Shown here: one piece after another, positions 8,564 through 16,821 of the stretch
How the letters are laid out: the number at the start of each line of letters is the position of its first letter
How positions within the stretch are numbered: position 1 is the first letter of the stretch
The notes under the pieces: generated by a model
What the model was told of the DNA's origin: nothing
The model's database searches: none
The model's input: the letters and a program-made list of their open reading frames with translations, nothing else
Made by a program: the position numbers and the translations under genes
Source: an uncultured Lachnospiraceae bacterium
GTDB lineage: Bacteria > Bacillota > Clostridia > Lachnospirales > Lachnospiraceae
Assembly (NCBI GenBank): GCA_945913255.1
Contig: CAMEDC010000004.1
Location: 24,520 to 88,519, forward strand
DNA: 64,000 nucleotides
Direction: 5' to 3'

Positions 8564-9643
8564 TTATTTTTTAACTCCTGTACCTCCGCAAGCCGTACAA
8601 GCCTTTCCTCCATGACACAAAATACAATCATCCGACACAACACCCTTGCCGTTGCAGATACTGCAGGCTTTTCCTCCCGCTCCGCCGCATACTTCACAGG
8701 ACATGCCGCCTGCTCCGCCACAGTGTCTGCAGGTTTCTCCGCTGGTGGCATCCTTTCCGCTGCCATGACAGCCGGGACAGCTCTGCCGCCCGCTTCCGCC
8801 GCATACACCGCAGCTTTCCCAAAGGCTGCCGCCACACATCTTGCAGGGAAGTGTTCCTCCTCCGCACTCGGGACAAATTCCTGTTCCTCCGCAATCGGGG
8901 CAAGGTTGCTTATCTTCCTGCGTCCCAGTTGCTTCCGACACTTTGCCATTCCCGGTTTGTCCGGAAGAAGACGATGTCTCCTCAGATGGTTTCTGTTCAC
9001 CAGGTTCCAGAACAAAACTGTCCTGCACCTCACCTCCTGCTTCTATCTGCAGCGTGACTGTCAGCTGCTTTTCTGATAGTTCCTCCTTCACAGCGGCTTG
9101 CACCATCTCCATTTTTTCCGGCAGTTCTGATTTCTCATCCTGTTCCACAAAATCAACCGTTATGGTTTTCCCCTCTGTCAGATATCCCTCGTCAACAGAT
9201 ACCGTCACAATCTGCCTGACAGCATCTTCCAGACTTAAGTCCGTCATCGAAAGCTTGGAAAATGCATCTTCTGCATCCTGATTTAAACAGGAAACACCTA
9301 CAACCCTGTCTTCCCCATCCAAATACAATTCCAACTGAGGATTGATGGTGATTCTGACAACTGATACATACTCAGGATCAGGGCTGACAGCCGATGTATC
9401 CTCAGGCAGTTCTTCCATACCCTCTGTCCCATTTGAGCTGCTTTCGTCTTTGACCGCACCATTCGATATTTCCTTCCCCTCCGGCTCTTCCGAAATATTC
9501 TGTTTTTCTTCAGCGACACTTCCTGTAATTTCCTCTTTTCCGCAGCCCACCATTAACAGCATCAGGCAAATCATCAACAGAAATACACGAAACACAGGAA
9601 AACTCAAATTACATCGTTCTGACAATTTTTTTATTCTTCTCAA
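8564..9643 (-). CDS. Lipoprotein with C-terminal array of ten CxxCxG (DnaJ-zinc-finger-like) repeats
   Basis: 359 aa. TTG start 8 nt after AGGTGA. Lipobox LLMVGC. Acidic linker and a middle beta-rich domain. The last ~115 aa contain CPDC, CPEC, CKMC, CGVC, CPGC, CRHC, CEVC, CSIC, CILC and CTAC, each followed by G-rich residues. Confidence 0.8.
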   Translation of the reverse strand: MRRIKKLSERCNLSFPVFRVFLLMICLMLLMVGCGKEEITGSVAEEKQNISEEPEGKEISNGAVKDESSSNGTEGMEELPEDTSAVSPDPEYVSVVRITINPQLELYLDGEDRVVGVSCLNQDAEDAFSKLSMTDLSLEDAVRQIVTVSVDEGYLTEGKTITVDFVEQDEKSELPEKMEMVQAAVKEELSEKQLTVTLQIEAGGEVQDSFVLEPGEQKPSEETSSSSGQTGNGKVSEATGTQEDKQPCPDCGGTGICPECGGGTLPCKMCGGSLWESCGVCGGSGRQSCPGCHGSGKDATSGETCRHCGGAGGMSCEVCGGAGGKACSICNGKGVVSDDCILCHGGKACTACGGTGVKK

Positions 9644-9713
9644 GCTGCCTCACCTTCTGTCATCCTCTGATAATGTACCAACTTTATCATAAATAGCACC
9701 TGTTTTGGAGTTT

Positions 9714-9746
9714 ACAAATGTCTCATTTCCACACACAAATGTATCA
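9714..9746 (-). promoter_or_regulatory. Two copies of the ACAAATGT(C/A)TCA motif upstream of the lipoprotein operon
   Basis: ACAAATGTCTCA at 9714-9725 and ACAAATGTATCA at 9735-9746, 70-100 nt upstream of the lipoprotein start. The same 12-mer recurs twice at 11242-11278. Confidence 0.4.
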
Positions 9747-11180
9747 TTCCGATTTTTTCCAGCCATAATAAAACTGCATCAGTCCGATTCTTGACTTGGT
9801 CCCCGTCTTTTCATTCAGGTTGGCAATATATCGGTATAATGCCGCTCTTGACAAAAAGAGTTTGTCTGCAATGTCCTGGACATTTTCATCTGAGGACAAC
9901 AGAATTTTGAGAATTCCCTGCTCTCTTGGTGTCAACGAAAAAGCCTCTGAGAAGCTTGCGAATTTTTCTTCATCGCTCTCTTGCTCTTTTTGCACCATTG
10001 CCTCGTCCAGTTCTTCTGAAAGCTTTATCTGACCGGAATAGATGAAGATGGCAAGACTGATTAATACAAACAGAATCAGCGCAGTCACAATTAACACCAG
10101 TTCATTCCGGGATACCAGCAATGTTACCGAAGGAATGCTTGTTATCACAGAAAACAAATTGTTTGTCGCACGTCCGATTCCCGCCCAAAATGCGGGAATT
10201 TTCATATATCCGGCCAAATCCATAAACACTGTGGTAAAATATACCACAAAAAACCCTGCTGAGAGATAAAACACAGTCAAACCGGCCAGGTACGGTCCTC
10301 CCAGTTCTATCACCACCACACAGGCAGTGGACAAGAGCGTAATCGAATACATAATCATATTCATATAACGCCTGTTTTTTATATCAAACAAAACGCCGGC
10401 CGTAAGACCGCTGACCGCAAGGAGCAATCTGGGCCATTGCCCGATATCTATATTTCCCTCTGCATGGACAAGTGTCACCGCATTATCCAACGAAGCAAAA
10501 ATACATGTCATAAGTGCTACAATGATTAACATGGTAATTCCCGCAATGACCGGCTTTTTAAACGGGCACTTCTGCTTCTCTTCTTTCTGTTTCTCTTCTT
10601 TCTCCTCTTCCTGCAGATTATCCAGAATAGTTAAATCTCTATTTATTTTTCCACAGGCAAAAACCAGCATTGCAAATCCAAGAGAAAGAATGACTGATTC
10701 AGTCATGTCATTGTCAACCAAATTATTATTGAGAAACTGCAGAAAAATACCCAGTGCATAGGCTGTTCCCGCTATTTTCGCCAAATGTCTGCTCTGCCCA
10801 AAGGCAACAGCAGCAAGATAGTGTATACAGCTTCCCAATATTCCCAACTGGACAAAAGCGATGCTTCCGGCTGCCAGGATCGAAGCATAAGAGCTATGCT
10901 GCTGTATCACAAAAATACTGATAGGTCCCGAAACCACAAACACAAACAGCAAAATTTCCATGGCCTGTTTACTCAGGAATCGATTCAAAACCGGATACAA
11001 CAGGAATCCAATCACGCTGATTCCCAGAATGTACCCTTGTGCAATCACGACACCATCCGCATTTGTTACATAGGACATCATATTGTCAAACAGATATTCT
11101 GTCCCTAAAAAAACAAAAGAGAAGAACGCCAGTGCAACAACAGCACTTATTGTTTTTCCATTCATCCATTCCTTTTTCAT
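9744..11180 (-). CDS. Polytopic membrane protein fused to a C-terminal LuxR-type HTH (one-component regulator)
   Basis: 478 aa. About 12 hydrophobic helices in a 6+6 arrangement split by a charged loop (EEEKEEKQKEEKQK). The C-terminal ~60 aa is LuxR/FixJ-type HTH (LTPREQGILKILLSSDENVQDIADKLFLSRAALYRYIANL). Confidence 0.85.
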   Translation of the reverse strand: MKKEWMNGKTISAVVALAFFSFVFLGTEYLFDNMMSYVTNADGVVIAQGYILGISVIGFLLYPVLNRFLSKQAMEILLFVFVVSGPISIFVIQQHSSYASILAAGSIAFVQLGILGSCIHYLAAVAFGQSRHLAKIAGTAYALGIFLQFLNNNLVDNDMTESVILSLGFAMLVFACGKINRDLTILDNLQEEEKEEKQKEEKQKCPFKKPVIAGITMLIIVALMTCIFASLDNAVTLVHAEGNIDIGQWPRLLLAVSGLTAGVLFDIKNRRYMNMIMYSITLLSTACVVVIELGGPYLAGLTVFYLSAGFFVVYFTTVFMDLAGYMKIPAFWAGIGRATNNLFSVITSIPSVTLLVSRNELVLIVTALILFVLISLAIFIYSGQIKLSEELDEAMVQKEQESDEEKFASFSEAFSLTPREQGILKILLSSDENVQDIADKLFLSRAALYRYIANLNEKTGTKSRIGLMQFYYGWKKSE

Positions 11181-11241
11181 TCGTCAGTCATTCCTCGCCA
11201 GTATTGTCACAGTACTTTTTTCCTGCATAAATCAAGTATAA

Positions 11242-11278
11242 ACAAATGTCTCAGAGAATCAAGTTGACAAATGTCTCA
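11242..11278 (-). promoter_or_regulatory. Two perfect copies of ACAAATGTCTCA in the promoter region of the LuxR-type gene
   Basis: Copies at 11242-11253 and 11267-11278. On the minus strand they bracket a candidate TTGATT-16-TATACT promoter. Confidence 0.4.
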
Positions 11279-11310
11279 TTCTCCTGACATTTTTTGGCAA
11301 AACACAAAAA

Positions 11311-11366
11311 AGCCATCCCTGTAGTGCTATGCTACAATCAGATAACACTGCATATCGCGGATGGCT
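11311..11366 (-). terminator. Possible terminator after valS
   Basis: AGCCATCC / GGATGGCT arms with a long (~40 nt) loop. On the minus strand the stem is followed by a TTTTTT run. Confidence 0.4.
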
Positions 11367-11422
11367 TTCTCTTATTCTTTAATTTCTTTTATAATTTCTC
11401 TTTCATAACCTTCACAATGATT

Positions 11423-14083
11423 CTATTGCAGCTGTGCAAGTCTCTCGTTTACCTGCTCCATCATCTGCGTGTACTTCGCCAGCTTCTCCTTTTCCTCGGC
11501 AATCTTTGTCTCAGGTGCCTTGGAAATGAATTTCTCATTGGACAGCATACCGTTGACACGTGCAAGTTCTCCCTCCAGCCTCTTCTGCTCTTTCTTCAGA
11601 CGCTCGATTTCCTGTGCAATGTCAACTAGTTCTGCAAAAGGAATGTACAGAGTTGCACCGGGGATTACCACTGATACCGCATCCTGTGCAATACCACTCT
11701 TGTCCTTCTGCATGGTTACATCACTTGCATAGGCAAGGGAAGCAAAAAACAGGCGGCCCTCTGTAAAGGTATCCAGAATTGCCTGATCCTCACTGACAAC
11801 GAATACGCTTGCCTTACGGCTGGGAGCTACGTTCATCTCCGTTCTGATATTGCGGATACCGCGAACTGCCTCCTTGATGATTTCAATGTCCTTCTCTTCC
11901 TTTGCGAAGCAACGTGACTCATCATACTCGGGCCACTTGCTGATCATGATGGACTCTTCCTCGCTCTGCAGCGTACAGAAAATTTCCTCCGTAATAAAAG
12001 GCATATAGGGATGAAGCAATTTCAAAGCATCAATCAGCACAGTCTTTAAGGTCCAGAGTGCCGCATTCTGGCTCACCGCATCATCGGAATTGTACAGACG
12101 GGGTTTTACCATCTCAATGTACCAGTCACAGAACTCATCCCAGATAAAGTCATAAACCTTTTGAACTGCGATACCCAGTTCAAAGTTCTCCATGTTTTCA
12201 GTGGCATCCTTTACCAGCGTATTCAATTTTGACAGAATCCATTTGTCTACCGGCTGCAAGTCACCATCCGCCGGAACGGTTACCTCCTTGCCTTCCATAT
12301 TCATCATGATAAAGCGGGAAGCATTCCAAACCTTATTCGCAAAATTACGGCTGTTTTCCACTCTCTCATAGTAGAAACGCATATCATTTCCGGGTGCATT
12401 TCCGGTAATCAGAGTCAGTCTCAACGCATCTGCACCATACTGGTCGATAATCTCCAGCGGGTCGATACCGTTGCCCAGAGACTTGGACATCTTGCGTCCC
12501 TGGCTGTCGCGTACAAGCCCATGGAACAATACTGTCTTAAAAGGTTTTTCTCCCATCTGCTCATAGCCGGAGAAAATCATTCTGATGACCCAGAAGAAAA
12601 TGATATCATAACCGGTTACCAGTACATCCGTAGGATAGAAGTATTTCAAATCCTCTGTCTGTTCAGGCCATCCAAGGGTTTCAAAGGGCCATAATGCGGA
12701 AGAAAACCAGGTATCCAGTGTATCGGGATCCTGCGTCAGATGCTCGCAGCCGCACTTCGGACATTTGCCCGGCATCTCTTTTGCAACAACCACTTCACCG
12801 CACTTGTCGCAATAATATGCCGGAATTCTGTGTCCCCACCAGAGCTGACGGCTGATACACCAGTCACGGATATTATCCGTCCAGTTGAAATAAGTCTTCT
12901 CCATGCGCTCGGGAATCAGTTTAATTTCACCTTTTTTTACTGCTTCCACAGCGGGCTTAATCAGCTCATCCATTTTCACGAACCACTGTTCCTTCACAAG
13001 CGGCTCAATGGTTGTCTTACAGCGGTCATGGGTTCCTACGTTATGCGTATAATCCTCAATCTTGACAAGCAGCCCCAGTTCCTCCAGCTCCACAACGATT
13101 GCCTTTCTGGCTTCATAACGATCCATTCCGGCAAACTTTCCGCCATTTTCATTGATGGTGGCGTCATCATTCATTACATTGATAATAGGAAGGTTGTGAC
13201 GCTTTCCAACCTCGAAATCGTTCGGGTCATGGGCAGGCGTAATTTTTACGACACCTGTGCCAAACTCTCTGTCAACATACGTGTCAGTTACAATGGGTAT
13301 CACACGATTCATAATCGGGAGCATTACGCTTCTTCCAATCAAATGCTGATACCTCTCGTCATCCGGATGGATTGCAACAGCAGTATCTCCCAGCATGGTC
13401 TCGGGACGTGTGGTCGCAAAAGTCAGGAATTCCGTTGTGCTCGGCGTTCCGTCCTCGTTCATCAGAGGATACTTGATATGCCAGAAATGTCCGGCCTGTT
13501 CCTGATACTCTACCTCTGCATCGGAAATAGAGGTATTACATACAGGGCACCAGTTGATAATGCGGGAACCCTTGTATATATATCCTTTCTCATGCATTTT
13601 TACAAAGACTTCGGTAACTGCCTTATTACAGCCCTCGTCCATGGTAAAGCGCTCTCTGTCCCAGTCACAGGAAGAGCCCATCTTTTTCAGCTGGCTGGTA
13701 ATACGTCCGCCGTACTCCTTCTTCCACTCCCAGGCTCTCTCCAGAAACTTCTCACGACCCAGGTCATGCTTGTCAATTCCTTCTTCCTTCAGCTTCTCAA
13801 TAATCTTGACTTCAGTTGCAATGGAAGCATGATCGGTTCCCGGCTGCCATAAGGCATTATAGCCCTGCATTCTCTTGAAACGAATCAGGATATCCTGCAT
13901 GGTATTGTCAAGCGCATGCCCCATATGCAGCTGTCCCGTGATATTTGGGGGTGGAATCACAATGGTGAAAGGTTTCTTGGATGGATCCACCTCCGCATGA
14001 AAATACTTCTTGTCAAGCCACTTCTGATACAGTCTGTCTTCTATGCCCTTCGGGTCATAGGTTTTTGCTAGTTCTTTGCTCAT
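11423..14083 (-). CDS. valS: Valine--tRNA ligase
   Basis: The ORF extends to 14206, but AAGGAG precedes the ATG at 14083 ([19 protein letters not shown]...). Class I HIGH motif (LHMGHAL) and KMSKS (KMSKSLGN). C-terminal coiled coil. Confidence 0.95.
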   Translation of the reverse strand: MSKELAKTYDPKGIEDRLYQKWLDKKYFHAEVDPSKKPFTIVIPPPNITGQLHMGHALDNTMQDILIRFKRMQGYNALWQPGTDHASIATEVKIIEKLKEEGIDKHDLGREKFLERAWEWKKEYGGRITSQLKKMGSSCDWDRERFTMDEGCNKAVTEVFVKMHEKGYIYKGSRIINWCPVCNTSISDAEVEYQEQAGHFWHIKYPLMNEDGTPSTTEFLTFATTRPETMLGDTAVAIHPDDERYQHLIGRSVMLPIMNRVIPIVTDTYVDREFGTGVVKITPAHDPNDFEVGKRHNLPIINVMNDDATINENGGKFAGMDRYEARKAIVVELEELGLLVKIEDYTHNVGTHDRCKTTIEPLVKEQWFVKMDELIKPAVEAVKKGEIKLIPERMEKTYFNWTDNIRDWCISRQLWWGHRIPAYYCDKCGEVVVAKEMPGKCPKCGCEHLTQDPDTLDTWFSSALWPFETLGWPEQTEDLKYFYPTDVLVTGYDIIFFWVIRMIFSGYEQMGEKPFKTVLFHGLVRDSQGRKMSKSLGNGIDPLEIIDQYGADALRLTLITGNAPGNDMRFYYERVENSRNFANKVWNASRFIMMNMEGKEVTVPADGDLQPVDKWILSKLNTLVKDATENMENFELGIAVQKVYDFIWDEFCDWYIEMVKPRLYNSDDAVSQNAALWTLKTVLIDALKLLHPYMPFITEEIFCTLQSEEESIMISKWPEYDESRCFAKEEKDIEIIKEAVRGIRNIRTEMNVAPSRKASVFVVSEDQAILDTFTEGRLFFASLAYASDVTMQKDKSGIAQDAVSVVIPGATLYIPFAELVDIAQEIERLKKEQKRLEGELARVNGMLSNEKFISKAPETKIAEEKEKLAKYTQMMEQVNERLAQLQ

Positions 14084-14206
14084 AGATACTCCTTTCTTTT
14101 CCTCGCTGCACGCTGCCGCCTCGAAGCGAAGCTTCTCGGTGCCGCGGCGCTCGTCAAATTGTGCTGTGCGTAAACGCCCGCACAGCTTTCCTCGCTGCAC
14201 GCACAA

Positions 14207-14490
14207 ACGCCCTCTGCGAATCTTTCGATTCGCAAAGGGCGTCTAATTTACGCGGTACCACCTTTGTTCACAGATAGCCTTACGACTACTGCCTCAAGCG
14301 ACTTCCATCAAAGTCCTATCCGATAACGGGGATAAAGCGTGAAGCCCTACTTCGGTTCAGGCTCCCGGCTTGGAAGCTACCTTCTGTATTCCTTCCTTCA
14401 AGCAGCCTCTCAGCACCCTCCACAGGCAGCCGCTCTCTCTTTTAAGGGGTGATACATACTCCTCTTCGTCACAGCCTTATGTCTTTTGAT
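14207..14490 (-). promoter_or_regulatory. T-box riboswitch leader of valS
   Basis: The minus strand carries the conserved T-box sequence AAAGGTGGTACCGCG (14252-14266). This is followed by a 16-bp terminator stem, ACGCCCTTTGCGAATC-GAAA-GATTCGCAGAGGGCGT (14208-14245). Stem-I-like AGAGAG and GGTGCTGAGAG elements lie upstream. Candidate specifier is GUA (Val) in ...CCGAAGUAGGG... Confidence 0.85.
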
Positions 14491-14496
14491 ATTTGA

Positions 14497-14525
14497 AATA
14501 TAGTCTATTGTACGCAATTTGTCAA
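14497..14525 (-). promoter_or_regulatory. Sigma-A-type promoter for the valS T-box leader
   Basis: Minus strand TTGACA (14520-14525), 17-nt spacer, TATATT (14497-14502). Confidence 0.6.
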
Positions 14526-14581
14526 GAGATTATTATATTTCTGAATCAACAAATCGTACCAATTTGATTATACAGACACTT

Positions 14582-16717
14582 TTATTGGTTCACTAAGGTG
14601 AATTTCACGGTCTTCTTTCCGGTCAGTTCCTCTGTCCTCTTATCCGGCTGTCCGAAACCGACGCTGACTGCATACCTGCTGCCACCGGATACTTTTTCGC
14701 CTTCCTCATTGATTACGGTAAACGCATCCTTATCCATCGGCACTGAAATCTCAGTGCGTTCGCCTGCCTTTACTGCCACACGTGCAAAACCGCAAAGTTT
14801 ACCATGCGGAGTCGCATCCTCGGAGTCCAAAGCTCTGATATACACCTGTACGACTTCCTGAATATCCTTGTCGCCTGTATTTTCAATCACTGCTTTCAGC
14901 TGGGACAATTCCCCTTCAGACAACTTTACTTCCGCATCCCGGCATACTTCCTGCCCATTCAGTGTCACGCTCTCCAGTTCGGCATTTCCGTAAGTCAGTC
15001 CGTATCCGAAAGGATACAGAGGCTCCGTATTCAGATAACGATAAGTCCTCCCCTTCATGGAATAGTCTTCAAAATTAGGCAGGTCTTTCGTATCATGATA
15101 AAATGTCACCGGTAATTTACCGGAAGGAGACAGTTCACCCAAAAGTATATCTGCAATCACTCTGCCGCCCCTCGCACCCGGATACCACGCCTGCAAAATT
15201 GCGGCACAGTGTTCTTCTGCATAACGTAAATCCATGGCACTGCCGGTCATGTTAATCAGAACAACAGGCTTTCCTGTCTCTACCATGGTCTCCAGAAGTC
15301 TTCTCTGCGGTTCAGGAAGAAGTAAATCAACCTTATCACCGGAGGCATAACTGTTTCCGGTATCTCCTTCTTCTCCTTCCAATGTCTCATCCAGTCCGAG
15401 ACATACAATCACCACATCGCTGTATTCAGCCACCACCTGTGCCTCGCTGATGCGGTCAGGACCGGCCGACAAGCTTTCCACCTTATCCTTGTAGAGATGG
15501 CAGCCTTCAGAATAGTACACTCTCACATCGTCTCCAAGGGCATCCTGAATTCCCTCAAGAACCGTAATATATCTGGAAGAAGTACCATGATAATTTCCGA
15601 TCAGAGCAGCTCTGCTGTTCGCGTTCGGTCCCACCACGCCTACGCTCTTCAGCTGTTTTTTATGTAACGGCAGGATACCGTCATTCTTCAGAAGCACAAC
15701 AGACTCTGCAGTTGCCCTGTCAGCCAGTCGAAGATGCTCTTTGCATTCTACCTTATCCAGACCGATTTTATCGTATTCGGTTTCATCAAACATACCCAGC
15801 AGAATTCTCGTGGTAAACAGTCTTTCTGCTGCTCTGGTCAGATCGTCCTCTGTAATCAGCCCCTGTTCCAATGCCTTGAGCAGGTGCAGATAGGTATTAC
15901 CGCAGTTTACATCACAACCGTTCTTTATTGCAAGGGCTGCCGATTCTTCCGCTGTATCCGTCACCATATGCTGTGTATGGAAATCCCGGAGTGCCCAGCA
16001 GTCAGATACAAAATGTCCTTCAAATCCCCAGTCTTCCCTCAAAATCTTCTGCAATGTCTCGCTGCCGCAGCAGGGTTCGCCGTTGGTTCTGTTGTATGCG
16101 CCCATGACAGCTTCCACTTCCGCATCCTTTACCAGCTTTTCGAAAGCCGGCAGGTATGTCTCAGCCATATCCTTTTTTGTAGCTCTCGCATCAAACTTAT
16201 GCCGCAGAGCCTCAGGACCTGAATGAACCGCAAAATGCTTGGCACAGGCAGCTGCCTTCAGATACTCGCCGTCACCCTGCAGTCCTTCCACATATGACTT
16301 GCCTAATTCCCCTGTCAGATAAGGGTCTTCTCCATATGTCTCATGACCTCTTCCCCATCTGGGATCACGGAAAATATTCACATTGGGTGACCAGAAAGTC
16401 AGCCCCTTGTATATGTCTCTGTCTCCGTGCTTGCTGTACTCATTGTATTTAGCGCGGCCCTCGGTAGCAATGACATCTCCAATCTCATGCATCATCTCAG
16501 TATCAAATGCTGCTGCCATACCGATTGCCTGGGGAAATACAGTTGCCACACCGGCTCTTGCCACGCCATGCAATGCCTCATTCCACCAGTTGTACGCCGG
16601 AACTCCCAGTCTTTCAATCGCAGAAGCCCCATACTTCAGCTGCTCCGCTTTTTCCTCTACCGTCATCTGAGCGACCAGCTCTTTCGCCCTTTTTCTCGCC
16701 GTCTCTCTGTCCCTCAT
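14582..16717 (-). CDS. Glycoside hydrolase family 3 (beta-glucosidase / beta-xylosidase type)
   Basis: The ORF extends to 16771, but GGAGGG precedes the ATG at 16717. GH3 hallmarks are present: AKHF, WGFEGHFVSDC (catalytic Asp region), a central alpha/beta sandwich and a C-terminal Fn3-like domain. Confidence 0.9.
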   Translation of the reverse strand: MRDRETARKRAKELVAQMTVEEKAEQLKYGASAIERLGVPAYNWWNEALHGVARAGVATVFPQAIGMAAAFDTEMMHEIGDVIATEGRAKYNEYSKHGDRDIYKGLTFWSPNVNIFRDPRWGRGHETYGEDPYLTGELGKSYVEGLQGDGEYLKAAACAKHFAVHSGPEALRHKFDARATKKDMAETYLPAFEKLVKDAEVEAVMGAYNRTNGEPCCGSETLQKILREDWGFEGHFVSDCWALRDFHTQHMVTDTAEESAALAIKNGCDVNCGNTYLHLLKALEQGLITEDDLTRAAERLFTTRILLGMFDETEYDKIGLDKVECKEHLRLADRATAESVVLLKNDGILPLHKKQLKSVGVVGPNANSRAALIGNYHGTSSRYITVLEGIQDALGDDVRVYYSEGCHLYKDKVESLSAGPDRISEAQVVAEYSDVVIVCLGLDETLEGEEGDTGNSYASGDKVDLLLPEPQRRLLETMVETGKPVVLINMTGSAMDLRYAEEHCAAILQAWYPGARGGRVIADILLGELSPSGKLPVTFYHDTKDLPNFEDYSMKGRTYRYLNTEPLYPFGYGLTYGNAELESVTLNGQEVCRDAEVKLSEGELSQLKAVIENTGDKDIQEVVQVYIRALDSEDATPHGKLCGFARVAVKAGERTEISVPMDKDAFTVINEEGEKVSGGSRYAVSVGFGQPDKRTEELTGKKTVKFTLVNQ

Positions 16718-16821
16718 GCCTAACCCTCCGAACTTCACCATTTTTCGATAGTCTTTCTTATGGTTCAGCATAACACAGTCTTTTACCGAATTCTTCTCAT
16801 TTCATGCGAATCTGCTGTCAA

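Noticed and set aside
8509-9033. 174-aa minus-strand ORF overlapping the Cys-rich lipoprotein gene in another frame.
   Set aside because: It is an alternative frame of a GC-rich repetitive coding region, with Arg/Ala-rich composition and no RBS. The lipoprotein frame has a lipobox and regular CxxC repeats.
12740-13852. 370-aa plus-strand ORF.
   Set aside because: It is antisense to the unmistakable valS coding sequence, with no RBS and no recognisable motifs.
14084-14206. 41-codon N-terminal extension of valS reported by the ORF track (start at 14206).
   Set aside because: The extension runs through the T-box terminator and leader and has no RBS. A strong AAGGAG precedes the ATG at 14083, which yields the conserved ValRS N-terminus.
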